64,000 bases of DNA from an uncultured delta proteobacterium (GCA_963815115.1 CAWFFN010000009.1:1600001-1664000); one strand, 5' to 3'. Shown: positions 29,302 through 40,662, numbered from the stretch's first letter. Numbers and translations: made by a program. Notes: generated by a model from the sequence alone, not told the origin.

Positions 29302-29331
29302 ACATTACATCCTCTAGTCAGGAAGCGTCAA
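29302..29331 (-). promoter_or_regulatory. Putative sigma70 promoter of the PaaX-desaturase operon
   Basis: Minus strand TTGACG-N18-TAATGT ending 7 nt before the GTG start (possibly leaderless). Confidence 0.45.
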
Positions 29332-29371
29332 GCAACGTAAGGTTTGTTCCGCGCGCCTCGCCCGGCCGGGT

Positions 29372-30577
29372 TCACGGGATGACGCCGCGCCCCTTGAGCG
29401 CCCCGATGCGCTCCCAGTCGTAGCCCAGCTCCAGCAGCACCTCCTCCGTGTGCTGTCCACACTCGGGGGACGCGCCGCCCGGTGCCCAGGCGGTGTCGGA
29501 GAAGTCGATCGGGGTCGCGACCATGCGTGCGGTGCCGCCCTCGGCGACCGGCACCTCCACCCAGCAGCCGGCCGCTTCCGCCTGCGGGTCGGCCGTTACC
29601 TCGGTGACGGTCTGCACCGGCGCCCACCACATGCCGGCGCGATCGAATGCCTGGCCCCACTCCGCCAGGGTGCGCGTCGCGAAGATCTCGTCCAGCAGTG
29701 CGACCAGCTCGCCCACGTTCTCGCGCCGCACCCGCATGGTGGCGAAGCGCTCGTCCTCGAGCCACTCCGGACGCTCGATGGCGGACAGGAGATCCGGCCA
29801 GTGGCGCTGGCCCTGGAGGCCGAGCAGCCAGAACCAGCGCTCGTCCTTGGCGCGGTAGGCGCTGATGACGGGATTCGGCGTCGAGGAGCGCGTCATCGGC
29901 GTCGCCGCGAGGCCGAGGCGGAGCGCGGCGTTGGTGTCCCAGCCGAGAACATAGACCCCGACGCGCAGCAGCGACGTCGTGACGAGCTGGCCGCGGCCGG
30001 TCCGCTCGCGCGCGAGCAGCGCGGCCGAGACGCCGCCCGCGAGGGTCATGCCGGCCGTGTGGTCGCCCATGGCGCCGCGCTGGAACGGCGGATCGCCCCC
30101 CGGGGGCGTGAGGGCTGCGGCGATGCCCGAACGCGACCAGAACGCGCCGATGTCGTAGGAGGGCCGGTCGGCATCCGGTCCGTGCATGCCGTAGCCGGTG
30201 ACCAGGCCGTACACGAGACGCGGATTGCGCGCCGCGAGGCGCGGCCAGTCGAGCTCCAGGCGTGCCAGCGCGGCGGGCCGCATGTTGCTGATGAACACAT
30301 CGGCGCGCTCGATCAGGACGTAGGCGACCTCCCGGGCCTCCGCGGTGGCGAGGTTCAGGACGACGCTTCGCTTGCCGCGGTTGTCGAGCTCGAAGGGCGG
30401 GTTCGCGGGCAGCTCGGCGCCGGCGGCGATGAGATAGAGGCCGCGAAACGGGTCCCCGTCGGGCGGCTCGATCTTCACCACGTCGGCACCCCAGTCGGCG
30501 AGCACGGCGCCGGCAGAGGGTCCGGCGACCCACAAGCCGAGCTCGACGACACGGATTCCTTCCAGCGGGCCGGCCAT
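29372..30577 (-). CDS. Family III CoA transferase (CaiB/BaiF)
   Basis: PLEGIRVVEL, WGADVVKIEPPDGD, NRGKRS, GQHTEEVL. Confidence 0.95.
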   Translation of the reverse strand: MAGPLEGIRVVELGLWVAGPSAGAVLADWGADVVKIEPPDGDPFRGLYLIAAGAELPANPPFELDNRGKRSVVLNLATAEAREVAYVLIERADVFISNMRPAALARLELDWPRLAARNPRLVYGLVTGYGMHGPDADRPSYDIGAFWSRSGIAAALTPPGGDPPFQRGAMGDHTAGMTLAGGVSAALLARERTGRGQLVTTSLLRVGVYVLGWDTNAALRLGLAATPMTRSSTPNPVISAYRAKDERWFWLLGLQGQRHWPDLLSAIERPEWLEDERFATMRVRRENVGELVALLDEIFATRTLAEWGQAFDRAGMWWAPVQTVTEVTADPQAEAAGCWVEVPVAEGGTARMVATPIDFSDTAWAPGGASPECGQHTEEVLLELGYDWERIGALKGRGVIP

Positions 30578-30589
30578 GGCTTCCTCCTC

Positions 30590-31027
30590 TCAGGGCGCGA
30601 CGGGCGCGTCGTCGCGCAGGAAGAATTTCCCGCTCGAGCGCACCAGGCGCGTCCCCTCGTGGTGGATCTCCGCCTCCACCACCCAGTAGCGCGGGTGCGC
30701 TCGATCGCCGATCGCCGCGACGATCTCGAGCGGCTCCTCGACGGGACACGGGCGCTCGTAGCGCACGGTGAGCTCCCCGGTCATCACCCAGCGGTCGGTG
30801 AGCAGGTTCACCGCAGCGCAGGAGATCTCGTCGAGGATGGTCGCCACGATCCCACCATGCGCAACGCCCGGGGCGCCGTGGAACCGATCGGCGATCGTGT
30901 AACGCGACAGGATCCGCTCGCCCCGCCGGCGAAAGCGCAGCTGCAGTCCTGCCGGGTTCGAGGGCGAGCAGCCGAAGCAGCCGCCGTCCGCGGGAAAGCT
31001 GAGCTCGACGTCTTCGGGCACCGGCAT
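30590..31027 (-). CDS. PaaI family hotdog-fold thioesterase
   Basis: CFGCSPSNPAGL, HGGIVATILDE. Confidence 0.9.
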   Translation of the reverse strand: MPVPEDVELSFPADGGCFGCSPSNPAGLQLRFRRRGERILSRYTIADRFHGAPGVAHGGIVATILDEISCAAVNLLTDRWVMTGELTVRYERPCPVEEPLEIVAAIGDRAHPRYWVVEAEIHHEGTRLVRSSGKFFLRDDAPVAP

Positions 31028-31038
31028 CGTGCCGAAGC

Positions 31039-31737
31039 CTATGCCCCGGGGCCGCGGGACGAGGCAACCCCCGCGAAGCCCAGGTCGGCCGGTCGCAGCC
31101 CCACCAGCGAGTCGAGCACGACGTCGGCGGCGGCGACGCGCGCCCTGCCGAGCGCCCGATCGGGGACGGCGATCACCTGCATGCCCGCGGCCCGCGCTGC
31201 TTCCACACCCGCGGGCGCGTCCTCCACCGCGACGCAGCGGGCGGCGTCGACCCCGAGCTCGCGCGCGGCGAGCAGGTAGATGTCGGGCGCCGGCTTGCCG
31301 CGACCGACGCGGGGATCGTCGCCGGTGACGACGACGTCGAAGCCGGCGAACCAGCGTCCGTGGCGCTGCGTCTTCAGCTCGTAGAGGGGCCGGGCGGAGC
31401 TCGTCGCGACCGCCAGTGGGACGCCCGCGGCGCGGAGCGCGGCGGTGAGCTGCTGGGCCCCCGGCAGCGCCTCCGCGGTCGGCATGAGGGTGCGGAACAG
31501 TACCTCGCGTTCGCGAAGGTAGTCCTCGGGCGTGATCGGGAGGTCGAGCGCGGCCACCAGGTGGCGCGCCGAATCGCGCGCCGGCCGGCCGATCATGTCG
31601 GCCTTGACCGTCCAGTCGAAGCGCTTCCCGAAGCGGCCCACGATCTGCTGCGTGGCGTCCGTGTAGATCCGTTCGGTGTCGAGCAGGACGCCGTCCATGT
31701 CGAAGACGACGGCGGCGACGGGGCGCGGCAGCAGCAC
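31039..31737 (-). CDS. HAD-IA family phosphatase
   Basis: FDMDGVLLDTE, VATSS, GKPAPDIY, VEDAPAG. Confidence 0.9.
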   Translation of the reverse strand: MLLPRPVAAVVFDMDGVLLDTERIYTDATQQIVGRFGKRFDWTVKADMIGRPARDSARHLVAALDLPITPEDYLREREVLFRTLMPTAEALPGAQQLTAALRAAGVPLAVATSSARPLYELKTQRHGRWFAGFDVVVTGDDPRVGRGKPAPDIYLLAARELGVDAARCVAVEDAPAGVEAARAAGMQVIAVPDRALGRARVAAADVVLDSLVGLRPADLGFAGVASSRGPGA

Positions 31738-31744
31738 CGGCCGC

Positions 31745-32554
31745 TCACCGCCCGGTCCAGACCGGTCGTCGCCGCTCGAGGAAGGCGCGCTGCGCCTCGC
31801 GAGCGTCGTCGCTGCGGCGGAGCGGCCGGCCGAGCTCCTCCTGCCGGCGGTAGGCCTCGGCAAGCGGCAGCGGGAGAAGCTCGCGCACGCCCCGCCAGGT
31901 CGCTCGCACCGCCAGCGGCGCGTTGGCGGCGATGGCGTCTGCGGTCTCGAGCGCCGTCTCCATCAGATCGTCGGGCAGGACGATGGCGTTCACCAGCCCG
32001 ATCTCGCGCGCCTGCTCCGCGTCGATGGGGCGGGCCGACAGCAGCAGCGCCTGGGCGTGGACCCACGGGATCTGCCGGGGCAGGAGGACCGTGGCGTGGC
32101 CGGTGGGGTAGAGCCCCAGGGCGACCTCCTCGAGCGCGAAGGTGGCCTGGGGGACGGCGTAGCGCACGTCAGACGCGAGCATGAGGTCGAAGCCGCCGGC
32201 GCGGGCGTGGCCGTTGATGGCGCACACCAGCGGCACGCCGAGCTCGAAGCCGACCAGCGTCGCGGTGGCGACGTCGCGCAGCGCAGCGAAGGTGTCGTCG
32301 TCGAGCCGCTCTCCGCGGGCGAGGCGCTGGGCCGCGGGAATGGTCGTCTTCATGTCCATCCCGCCGCAGAAGACGCGCTCGCCGGCGCCGGTGAGGACGG
32401 CGCAGCGGATCTCGGGATCGGCCGCCACGCTCCGCCAGGCATCGGCGAGCCCGCGCAGGGTCGGCGGGTCGAGCGCATTCGCCGCCTCGGGGCGATCGAT
32501 CGTCACCACCGCCACGTGCGGGTGGGCCGCGGGCAGTTCGAGGCGAGCGCTCAC
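31745..32554 (-). CDS. Enoyl-CoA hydratase/isomerase family protein
   Basis: VTIDRPEAANAL, FCGGMD, AINGHARAGG, EAQRAFLERRRP. Confidence 0.9.
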   Translation of the reverse strand: MSARLELPAAHPHVAVVTIDRPEAANALDPPTLRGLADAWRSVAADPEIRCAVLTGAGERVFCGGMDMKTTIPAAQRLARGERLDDDTFAALRDVATATLVGFELGVPLVCAINGHARAGGFDLMLASDVRYAVPQATFALEEVALGLYPTGHATVLLPRQIPWVHAQALLLSARPIDAEQAREIGLVNAIVLPDDLMETALETADAIAANAPLAVRATWRGVRELLPLPLAEAYRRQEELGRPLRRSDDAREAQRAFLERRRPVWTGR

Positions 32555-33210
32555 GCTCCGCGTCGTCCTCCCCAGCTGTTCCAGTGCACGAGCTGCGTCG
32601 AGGGAATCCGCCGGGCGGGCTTGAAATCGCTGCCGGTGTAGTGGGCCACCGGCAGCAGGGCGGTCTGGGTCACGTGCTCCGGGATGCCGAGGAGCTTGGC
32701 GGCGTCCTGCTCGAACATGATGTGCAGCGTCGTCCACGCCGTGCCGAGGCCGCGCGCCCGGAGCGCCAGCATGAACGACCAGGCCGCCGGCAGGATGGAG
32801 CCGTAGACCGACGCCTGGGCCAGGGTGCCGGCGTTCTCCACGCGGCCCTCGATGCAGGGAATGAGCATGACCGGCGCCTCGTGCATGTGCTCGGCCAGGT
32901 AGGTCGCCGAGTCGACGACGCGAGGCATCTGCTGCATGCGCAGGTCGTCCTCGCTGAACGAGGGGCGCAGGGCGGGGTTGTTGGCGTAGAGCTCGAAGGC
33001 CTTGCGGTAGAGCTCGGCGAGGCCGCGCCGCTTGGCCGGATCGGTGACGACGACGAAGTGCCAGCCCTGGGCGTTCGACCCCGTCGGGGCCTGCATCGCG
33101 ATCGCGAGGCAACGCTCGATCACGGCGGGGTCGACCGGCTTCGAGAAGTCCAGCCGCTTGCGTACCGAGCGCGTGGTGGTGAGCAGCGTGTCGACGGTGG
33201 CGAGATCCAT
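32551..33210 (-). CDS. Nitroreductase family protein
   Basis: TTRSVRKRLD, QAPTGSNAQGWHFVVV, LRARGLGTAWT. Confidence 0.92.
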   Translation of the reverse strand: MDLATVDTLLTTTRSVRKRLDFSKPVDPAVIERCLAIAMQAPTGSNAQGWHFVVVTDPAKRRGLAELYRKAFELYANNPALRPSFSEDDLRMQQMPRVVDSATYLAEHMHEAPVMLIPCIEGRVENAGTLAQASVYGSILPAAWSFMLALRARGLGTAWTTLHIMFEQDAAKLLGIPEHVTQTALLPVAHYTGSDFKPARRIPSTQLVHWNSWGGRRGA

Positions 33211-33230
33211 GCGAGCGGGTCCTCCCGGGC

Positions 33231-34556
<1,326 letters not shown>

Positions 34557-34592
34557 CGTGCCCTCCTGTAACATGTGGGGCCCGACATGACA

Positions 34593-34622
34593 CGGGCCGG
34601 TCCCGCGAACGGAACCGGCCCG
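34593..34622 (-). terminator. Hairpin with UUCG loop after the secreted repeat protein gene
   Basis: Minus strand GGGCCGGTTCCG-TTCG-CGGGACCGGCCC. Confidence 0.5.
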
Positions 34623-34659
34623 ATGGAGGCTCGCTGCGACGCCCGGTCGAGGCGGCGCG

Positions 34660-36192
34660 CTAGTTGGTGCGGAGGCTGTTCACCAGCGCCGAGAGCTCGT
34701 CGAGCCGCGCCCCGACGTCCGCCTTGCACTCCGGCGTGATCCGGCCGTTCTTGGCGAGGCGGCCGGCCTGGGCCTGGGCCGCTCCGATGAGATTCGCCGA
34801 CTGCTTGAGGAGCGGATTGGGGTTCTTCGCCTGGGTCGCCCGCTGGACCCAGCTGCGGATCCGCTTGATCTTCTCCCGCAGGTTCAGCTTCTGCGCGATG
34901 TTGACGCCCGGGCAGGGCAGATCGTCGACCAGCTGGGTGGCGACGCACTGCGTTCCGGTGACGCCGGCCGGAGCCGCGTTCACGCACTTCCCGCCCACGC
35001 AGGCCTCCGTCGTGCACGGGAGCGTGTCGGCGGCGCACTGCGCGTCCGAGGTGCACTCGAGCCTGCAGGTGGCGGAGCAGCCATCGCCGCTCACCTTGTT
35101 GCCGTCGTCGCACTCCTCGTTCGGGTCGAGGTGGCCGTTGCCGCACTCGAGCCGGCAGGTGGCCGAACAGCCGTCGCCGCTGACGTTGTTGCCGTCGTCA
35201 CACTCCTCGCCCGGGGAGACGGCGCCGTTACCGCAGCCGGTGATCCGGCAGTTCTGATCGCAACCGTCCCCCGAGATCTGGTTGCCGTCGTCGCACTGCT
35301 CGCCCGGGTTCAGCTGTCCGTTGCCGCAGGTGCTCTGGCTGCTCTGGCACGTGGAGGAGCAGCCGTCGCCGTTCACGGTGTTGCCGTCATCGCACTGCTC
35401 ACCCGGGTCGACGATGCCGTTGCCGCATCCGGTGACCTTGCAATTGTTGTCGCAGCCGTCGCCGTTGACCTTGTTGCCGTCGTCGCACTGCTCGCCCGGG
35501 TCGACCTTGCCGTTGCCGCACTCGAGCTGGCAGGAGGAGGAGCACCCGTCGCCGTTCTGGTCGTTGCCGTCGTCGCACGCCTCGCCCTGGTCGACGTGCC
35601 CGTTGCCGCACAGGCTCGTCATGACCACCTCGACCGAGATGAACTGGTACGTCCCGTGCGTCACCGGATCCGTCACCGTGAAGTCCGGCGTGGTCACGGC
35701 GCCGGGATCGAAGCTGAAGATCACCTTGTCGAAGCTGCCCGACCCCCCGTTGACGGTCTCGGTCTGCCCCGCCGGCACGTCGCCGGAGTGGATGATGAAG
35801 GTGTCCTGGTCGCCCTCGCCGATGAGCGTGTCGGCTCCCGGGCCGCCGATGATGACGTCCTTGCCGCTGCCGCCGTTGATCACGTCGTCGCCGGGTCCGC
35901 CGTCGAGGAGGTCGTCGTCACCCTCGCCCTGGAGCTTGTCGTTGCCCGGCCCGCCGAACAGCTGATCCTTGAAGCTGCCGCCGATGATGCAATCGCTGCC
36001 GCCGTTGCCGTGCAGGATGTCCTGACCGCCGTTGCCGGTGATGCGGTCGTCCTGGTCCGTCCCGTCGATGACGTCGTTGGCGCTCGTCCCCGAGGCCGTC
36101 ACCCCCGTCGGACACGTGATCTGGGCATGCCCCCGGGCGGCAAAGCCAAGGACAACCAGTGCTAGCAGTGCGGCTCTCGTCATCGCGATCAT
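34660..36192 (-). CDS. Secreted protein with RTX-like Ca-binding repeats, six myxobacterial Cys-rich (DUF4215-type) repeats and a basic helical C-terminal domain
   Basis: GGAGGAG RBS; signal peptide; [18 protein letters not shown] nonapeptides; six CGNGxxxxGExCDDGNxxxGDGC repeats. Confidence 0.88.
   Translation of the reverse strand: MIAMTRAALLALVVLGFAARGHAQITCPTGVTASGTSANDVIDGTDQDDRITGNGGQDILHGNGGSDCIIGGSFKDQLFGGPGNDKLQGEGDDDLLDGGPGDDVINGGSGKDVIIGGPGADTLIGEGDQDTFIIHSGDVPAGQTETVNGGSGSFDKVIFSFDPGAVTTPDFTVTDPVTHGTYQFISVEVVMTSLCGNGHVDQGEACDDGNDQNGDGCSSSCQLECGNGKVDPGEQCDDGNKVNGDGCDNNCKVTGCGNGIVDPGEQCDDGNTVNGDGCSSTCQSSQSTCGNGQLNPGEQCDDGNQISGDGCDQNCRITGCGNGAVSPGEECDDGNNVSGDGCSATCRLECGNGHLDPNEECDDGNKVSGDGCSATCRLECTSDAQCAADTLPCTTEACVGGKCVNAAPAGVTGTQCVATQLVDDLPCPGVNIAQKLNLREKIKRIRSWVQRATQAKNPNPLLKQSANLIGAAQAQAGRLAKNGRITPECKADVGARLDELSALVNSLRTN
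35055..35611 (-). repeat. Six tandem ~90-100-bp coding repeats (Cys-rich DUF4215-type)
   Basis: Recurring TTGCCGTCGTCGCACT / CCGTTGCCGCA on the plus strand, in frame. Confidence 0.85.
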
Positions 36193-36214
36193 CGAGACTC
36201 CTCCCCGATCCTCC

Positions 36215-36244
36215 GAGATGTTCCAAAAGATGGATGCAGGTCAA
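36215..36244 (-). promoter_or_regulatory. Putative sigma70-type promoter TTGACC-N18-CATCTC
   Basis: Just upstream of the RBS of the 34660..36192 gene; imperfect palindrome GCGAGAAAATCCGGACTTTTCCTCGC nearby at about 36264..36289. Confidence 0.35.
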
Positions 36245-36354
36245 TGGGAAAATGGTTGTGGATGCGAGAAAATCCGGACTTTTCCTCGCCGGCGTGCGGG
36301 GGCGCCGGGATACCGGCCCGAAGGTACTGTCATGCTCTACTACCTTCGGACGGG

Positions 36355-37131
36355 TCAAGCCGAGTGACCGGGCGACCGTGGAGGCTCCGGCCGTCCCGGG
36401 GCGGCCGAGCCGTGGCGGCCCCAGAACCGCTCCAGCGCCGCCGCCGCCTCCCGAGGCCGCTCGTGAGGCCACCAGTGGCTGCAGCCGTCGAGGAGCACCA
36501 GCTCGCCCCGCACGCGCGCCGCCAGGCGCTCGGCGAAGCGCGGCGCGACATAGGGGTCGTCGCGGCCCCACAGGATCAGCGCGGGCCGCGTGATGCGGGC
36601 CACGTCGTCCTCCCACTCCTCCCCGACGTGGACCGCCGAGCGGTAGAGGCGCAGGATGCAGTCCTTCATCAGGTCGTCGACCTGCTCGGCGACGGCGCGG
36701 GCGTCCGCGGCGGGAACGCCGCTCGCGGGGAGGCCCTCGGCGAGCGCGTCGGCCGTCATCACCGACATGATCGCCTCGCCCACGTCCGGGGTCTGCCACT
36801 GCCGGGCGAGATCGTGCCAGACGTACTCGCGATCGATGGGGCCGTTGCCGCACGCCCACGTGCGGACGAGATCCGGTCGGAGCGAGACGACGCGCTGGAC
36901 GAGGAGCGAGCCCCAGTCGTGGCCCACGAGGTCGACGGGCTCGCCGACGCGCTCGAGCTCCGCCGCGAGCCAGGTGACGTACGCTTCCTTGGTGGCGGCG
37001 AACCCGGCGGGCAGCGGGCAGCCGAATCCCGGCAGGGCGGGCGCGAGCACGTCGCGCCGCGAGAGGTGGGCGCGGAGCTTGTCCCAGAGCCGGTAGGTGT
37101 CGGGCACGCCGTGCACGAGAACTGCGGGCAT
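36355..37131 (-). CDS. Alpha/beta hydrolase (epoxide hydrolase-like)
   Basis: VHGVPD, VGHDWG, WGRDDPY, SHWW. Confidence 0.88.
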   Translation of the reverse strand: MPAVLVHGVPDTYRLWDKLRAHLSRRDVLAPALPGFGCPLPAGFAATKEAYVTWLAAELERVGEPVDLVGHDWGSLLVQRVVSLRPDLVRTWACGNGPIDREYVWHDLARQWQTPDVGEAIMSVMTADALAEGLPASGVPAADARAVAEQVDDLMKDCILRLYRSAVHVGEEWEDDVARITRPALILWGRDDPYVAPRFAERLAARVRGELVLLDGCSHWWPHERPREAAAALERFWGRHGSAAPGRPEPPRSPGHSA

Positions 37132-37254
37132 GCGCCAGGATGGCCCGCCGCCTCGACCTCTTTCAACCCGAGGCGGTCGCGCTTCCCCGTGAACGTCCAG
37201 GCGCGCTAGTCTCCGCGCTCCAGGCCACGAGCACGTGCCGGAGGCGGGAACGTC

Positions 37255-37683
37255 ATGGTGACTCTCGGCGATCGCGTCCACGCAGGCCTCATGCGCGCCG
37301 CCGCCGTGGGGACCATCGCCTACTGGGTGGCCTACTTCGCCTTCGGCGCCGTGCAGACCCGTGGCGATCCCGGCTACGTCGCGTTCGAGAACGCCTTTCC
37401 GCTCGCCGACGCCTACATGGCGGCGGCGTATCTCGTGGCGGCGCATCTCCTCGTCCGCGGTCGCGCCGCCGCGGTGCCGGCCGGCATCGCCGCCGGGAGC
37501 GCGATGGTGTTTCTCGGGCTCATGGACGCGCTCTTCAACCTGGAGCACGCGCAGTACGCCGCCCGGACGCCGGAGATGGCCATCGAGACGGGGATCAACG
37601 TCGTGTGCCTCGTCTTCGGCCCGTGGACGATGTTGCGGCTGTGGAAGGCGCGGCGGCGGCTGGAAGGCGAGGCCGGCCGGTGA
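37255..37683 (+). CDS. Hypothetical membrane protein (about 4 TM)
   Basis: Hydrophobic helices; YVAFENAFPLAD motif. Confidence 0.7.
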   Translation: MVTLGDRVHAGLMRAAAVGTIAYWVAYFAFGAVQTRGDPGYVAFENAFPLADAYMAAAYLVAAHLLVRGRAAAVPAGIAAGSAMVFLGLMDALFNLEHAQYAARTPEMAIETGINVVCLVFGPWTMLRLWKARRRLEGEAGR

Positions 37684-37763
37684 GGGAGGGGGCTCGCTAG
37701 CGCTCAGGTCGATGGTGATCAACACATTGGGAATCGCGAGTCTACCAAGGGAGGAGAGACGCA

Positions 37764-39182
37764 ATGCGGACGAGGACGCCGAGACTGGTCGGGATGGCCT
37801 TCACCCTCATCGTGCTGGGCGCCATGCCGAGCATGGCCCAGGACAAGCGCGCCAATGGTGAAGCCAAGCAGATCGCCGAGCAGGCGTTCATCTACGGCTT
37901 CCCGATGGTCATGAACTATGCCGTGTTCTACGAGTACTTCGTCGACAAGACCTCGCCGGAGTACAAGGCCCCGATCAACCAGCTCTACAACACGGCGCGC
38001 GTGTACACGCCGAAGGACACGGCGATCGTCACGCCCAACAGCGATACGCCGTACTCGTTCGTCGCCATGGACCTTCGCGCGGAGCCGTTCGTGCTGTGCA
38101 ATCCGGAGATCGAGAAGTCGCGGTATTTCTCGGTGCAGCTCGTCGACATGTACACGTTCAACTACGGCTACATGGGGAGCCGCACCACGGGCAACGGCGC
38201 CGCCTGCCACATGATCGCCGGTCCCGGCTGGAAGGGCGAGAAGCCGGAAGGGATCGCCAAGGTGTTCCGCAGCGAGACGGACTTCTCGATGGCGATCATC
38301 CGCACGCAGCTCTTCAATCCGGCGGACATCGAGAACGTGAAGAAGATACAGGCCGGCTACCGTGGCCAGACACTCTCGCAGTTCCAGAACAAGGCTGCAC
38401 CGCCTCCCGCTCCGGAGATCACCTGGCCGAAGATCGACAAGAAGCTGGCCGACTCCGATCCCTTCGCCTACCTGAACTTCGTCCTGCAGTTCGCCCCCCC
38501 GACGGGACCCGCGGCGGCGGAGGCATCCCTGCGGGCTCGGTTCGCGAAGATCGGGGTCGAGGCCGGCAAGCCCTTCCCGGGGGACACGCTCACACCGGAG
38601 CACAAGGCGGAGCTGGAAATGGGCATGAAGAGCGGGATCGAGAAGATCAAGCAGAGGGCTGTGGCGCTCGGCAAGGAGGAGAACGGGTGGCGTGTCGCCA
38701 CCAAGGGCTTCGGCGACCGCCAGGCATACGCCGGGGACTGGACACTCCGCGCCGCCGCGGCGATGGCCGGAATCTATGGCAATGACGCGGCCGAGGCGCT
38801 GTATCCGATGCTCGCCACCGACAGCGACGCGAAGACGCCGGATGGCAGCACGAACCGCTACACGCTGACGTTCCCGGCCGGGCAGCTGCCGCCCGCCAAC
38901 GCCTTCTGGTCGGTGACGATGTACGACGGCAGGACGCAGCTACTGGTCGAGAATCCGATCGACCGCTACCTGATCAACTCGCCGATGCTGCCGGACCTGA
39001 AGAAGAATCCGGACGGCTCACTCACCATCGACATCCGGAAGGACTCGCCAGGCAAAGACAAGGAATCGAACTGGCTGCCGGCGCCGGATGGCCCGATCTA
39101 CCTGGTGATGCGTCTCTACTGGCCGAAGGAGGCGGCGCTGAAAGGATCGTGGAAGCCGCCGCCCGTGCAGCGGACCAGGTGA
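37764..39182 (+). CDS. Periplasmic DUF1254/DUF1214 domain protein
   Basis: Signal peptide; AFIYGFP, PNSDTPYS, RYFSVQLVD, AFWSVTMYD, NWLPAP, MRLYWP. Confidence 0.92.
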   Translation: MRTRTPRLVGMAFTLIVLGAMPSMAQDKRANGEAKQIAEQAFIYGFPMVMNYAVFYEYFVDKTSPEYKAPINQLYNTARVYTPKDTAIVTPNSDTPYSFVAMDLRAEPFVLCNPEIEKSRYFSVQLVDMYTFNYGYMGSRTTGNGAACHMIAGPGWKGEKPEGIAKVFRSETDFSMAIIRTQLFNPADIENVKKIQAGYRGQTLSQFQNKAAPPPAPEITWPKIDKKLADSDPFAYLNFVLQFAPPTGPAAAEASLRARFAKIGVEAGKPFPGDTLTPEHKAELEMGMKSGIEKIKQRAVALGKEENGWRVATKGFGDRQAYAGDWTLRAAAAMAGIYGNDAAEALYPMLATDSDAKTPDGSTNRYTLTFPAGQLPPANAFWSVTMYDGRTQLLVENPIDRYLINSPMLPDLKKNPDGSLTIDIRKDSPGKDKESNWLPAPDGPIYLVMRLYWPKEAALKGSWKPPPVQRTR

Positions 39183-39254
39183 GGGGTTCGCCTTCGCCTG
39201 TTGAGGACGGCTTCCCCCCGCTGCTCATGCGTCGATGACGAAGTCGACGAGACT

Positions 39255-39734
39255 TCAGAGGCCGATGACAGCGGGGCGGGGATGCCCGGCCTTGTGGCAA
39301 AGATCCAGATAGACGTCGATCAGAAACCCCGCGTCCCAGACGCTGGCCACGTTGCCCTGCTCGTCGAGGTTGAGGTTGGCGCCGCGGATCGCGAACCACA
39401 CGTCGGTGGTCTCGCGATTGGTCGGCGGCACGTGCAGGGTGTGGAGCGAACCCGCCGGCTCGTAGAGATACGAGCCGGCCGTGTTGACCTCGGGATATTC
39501 CAGGTAGCGCCACGCGCCAGAGAACGTCATGGCGAAGACCTCGCCGGTGTGCTCGTGGCGCGGCAACGTCACTCCGGGGGAAAACCGCGTGCGCACCACC
39601 CACAGGCCGCTCTCGACACTCGCCTGCAGCAGCTGGATGTCCAGACCCTCCATGAAATTCACGAAGGGCAGCTCGCCCTCTCCACGATGCAGGGCAGAAG
39701 GCAGGACGGGAACGGCGGATACGCTCGACGTCAT
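39255..39734 (-). CDS. ChrR-like cupin (2,4'-dihydroxyacetophenone dioxygenase family)
   Basis: AAGGAG RBS; HEHTG, GAWRYLEY, EPAGSLHTL. Confidence 0.85.
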   Translation of the reverse strand: MTSSVSAVPVLPSALHRGEGELPFVNFMEGLDIQLLQASVESGLWVVRTRFSPGVTLPRHEHTGEVFAMTFSGAWRYLEYPEVNTAGSYLYEPAGSLHTLHVPPTNRETTDVWFAIRGANLNLDEQGNVASVWDAGFLIDVYLDLCHKAGHPRPAVIGL

Positions 39735-40004
39735 CGGCATCTCCTTCATGGGCCCGACGTTCCTTGGGCTGCGCGGCCGCGCGCGTGCGGACCATACCCG
39801 ACAAGCCGAGCAGCGAGTCAAGGCCATATCCATCTTCGCCGCGCGATCGTACGGGCGCACGCCGGGTCGGCCTAGGACCGTGACATCCGGTCCGCGCGAT
39901 CGCGAGGAACCCGGGACCCCGTGCGCCCCGTTGGCCGACATCTTGCCAAGCGGCTTCCAGCGGGGCTATCGCGCTGAACCTGGAAACGGGTGAGCCATGT
40001 GCCC

Positions 40005-40056
40005 GCACAACGCGCGCTTGCGCCGGACGGCGCTGCGTGCCGCCGCTGAACCAGGC
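40005..40056 (+). mobile_element. Degenerate attC-like remnant 1
   Basis: GCACAAC (R''-like) then CGCTTGCGCCGGACGGCGCTGCGTGCCGCCGCTGAA with a central hairpin; no GTTRRRY at the end. Confidence 0.35.
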
Positions 40057-40105
40057 GCACGCAACCAACGAGTTCGCCGCTTCCCACGAAACGAGGAACC
40101 AACGA

Positions 40106-40486
40106 ATGGCGAAGTCCACCACACCGTACTGGAATCCGTTGACCTCAGAGAGCCAAGGGCGGTGGATGCCGGTCAAAGGGCTCGAGGGGATCGCCGAGGA
40201 ACTTACGCTCAGCATGGATCCAGCGACGGGCGAGTACACGCGACTGACGCGATTCCATCCCGGCGCCGATACGACGCCATTCGGCGGGAAGCGTCACGAC
40301 TACCCTGAGGAGGTCTTCATCGTGAGTGGTCGGCTCTACGATCACGCGTGCGACCTCTGGCTCGAAGTGGGCCACTATGCGAGCCGTCCTGCGGGTGAGA
40401 TGCATGGACCCTTCAAGACCGAGGTGGGCTGTGTCGTGCTAGAGCTATCCTTCCCCATGCGCGGGGCGGGACGTGAGGGCACCTGA
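40106..40486 (+). CDS. ChrR-like cupin domain protein
   Basis: GAGGA RBS; YTRLTRFHPG, HDYPEEV, SRPAGEMHGPF. Confidence 0.85.
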   Translation: MAKSTTPYWNPLTSESQGRWMPVKGLEGIAEELTLSMDPATGEYTRLTRFHPGADTTPFGGKRHDYPEEVFIVSGRLYDHACDLWLEVGHYASRPAGEMHGPFKTEVGCVVLELSFPMRGAGREGT

Positions 40487-40592
40487 CACGGCGCTGCAAC
40501 CGCCCGCTCGCTGCGCTCGCGGCGACAGGCTGAGCGGCGGCGCCTGCAACGCCAGGCAGAGGAGCCGGCCGCTCGACGCCGAGCCGTTGGGC
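40481..40592 (+). mobile_element. Degenerate attC-like site 2 (112 bp)
   Basis: ACCTGAC (R''-like, contains the ORF stop), GGCGCTGCAACC...GCTCGCTGCGCTCGCGGC...GCCGCTCGACGCC, ending GTTGGGC (perfect GTTRRRY). Confidence 0.5.
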
Positions 40593-40662
40593 GACTCACG
40601 GTACGTGCGCTTCGACACGGCGGACCCGTGCCGTCGCCCCGACGCGAAGGAGCGGACGAGGA

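Noticed and set aside
35055-35611. Regularly spaced DNA repeats resembling a CRISPR array
   Set aside because: The repeats are in-frame, degenerate at third codon positions and encode Cys-rich protein repeats; there are no unique spacers or cas genes.
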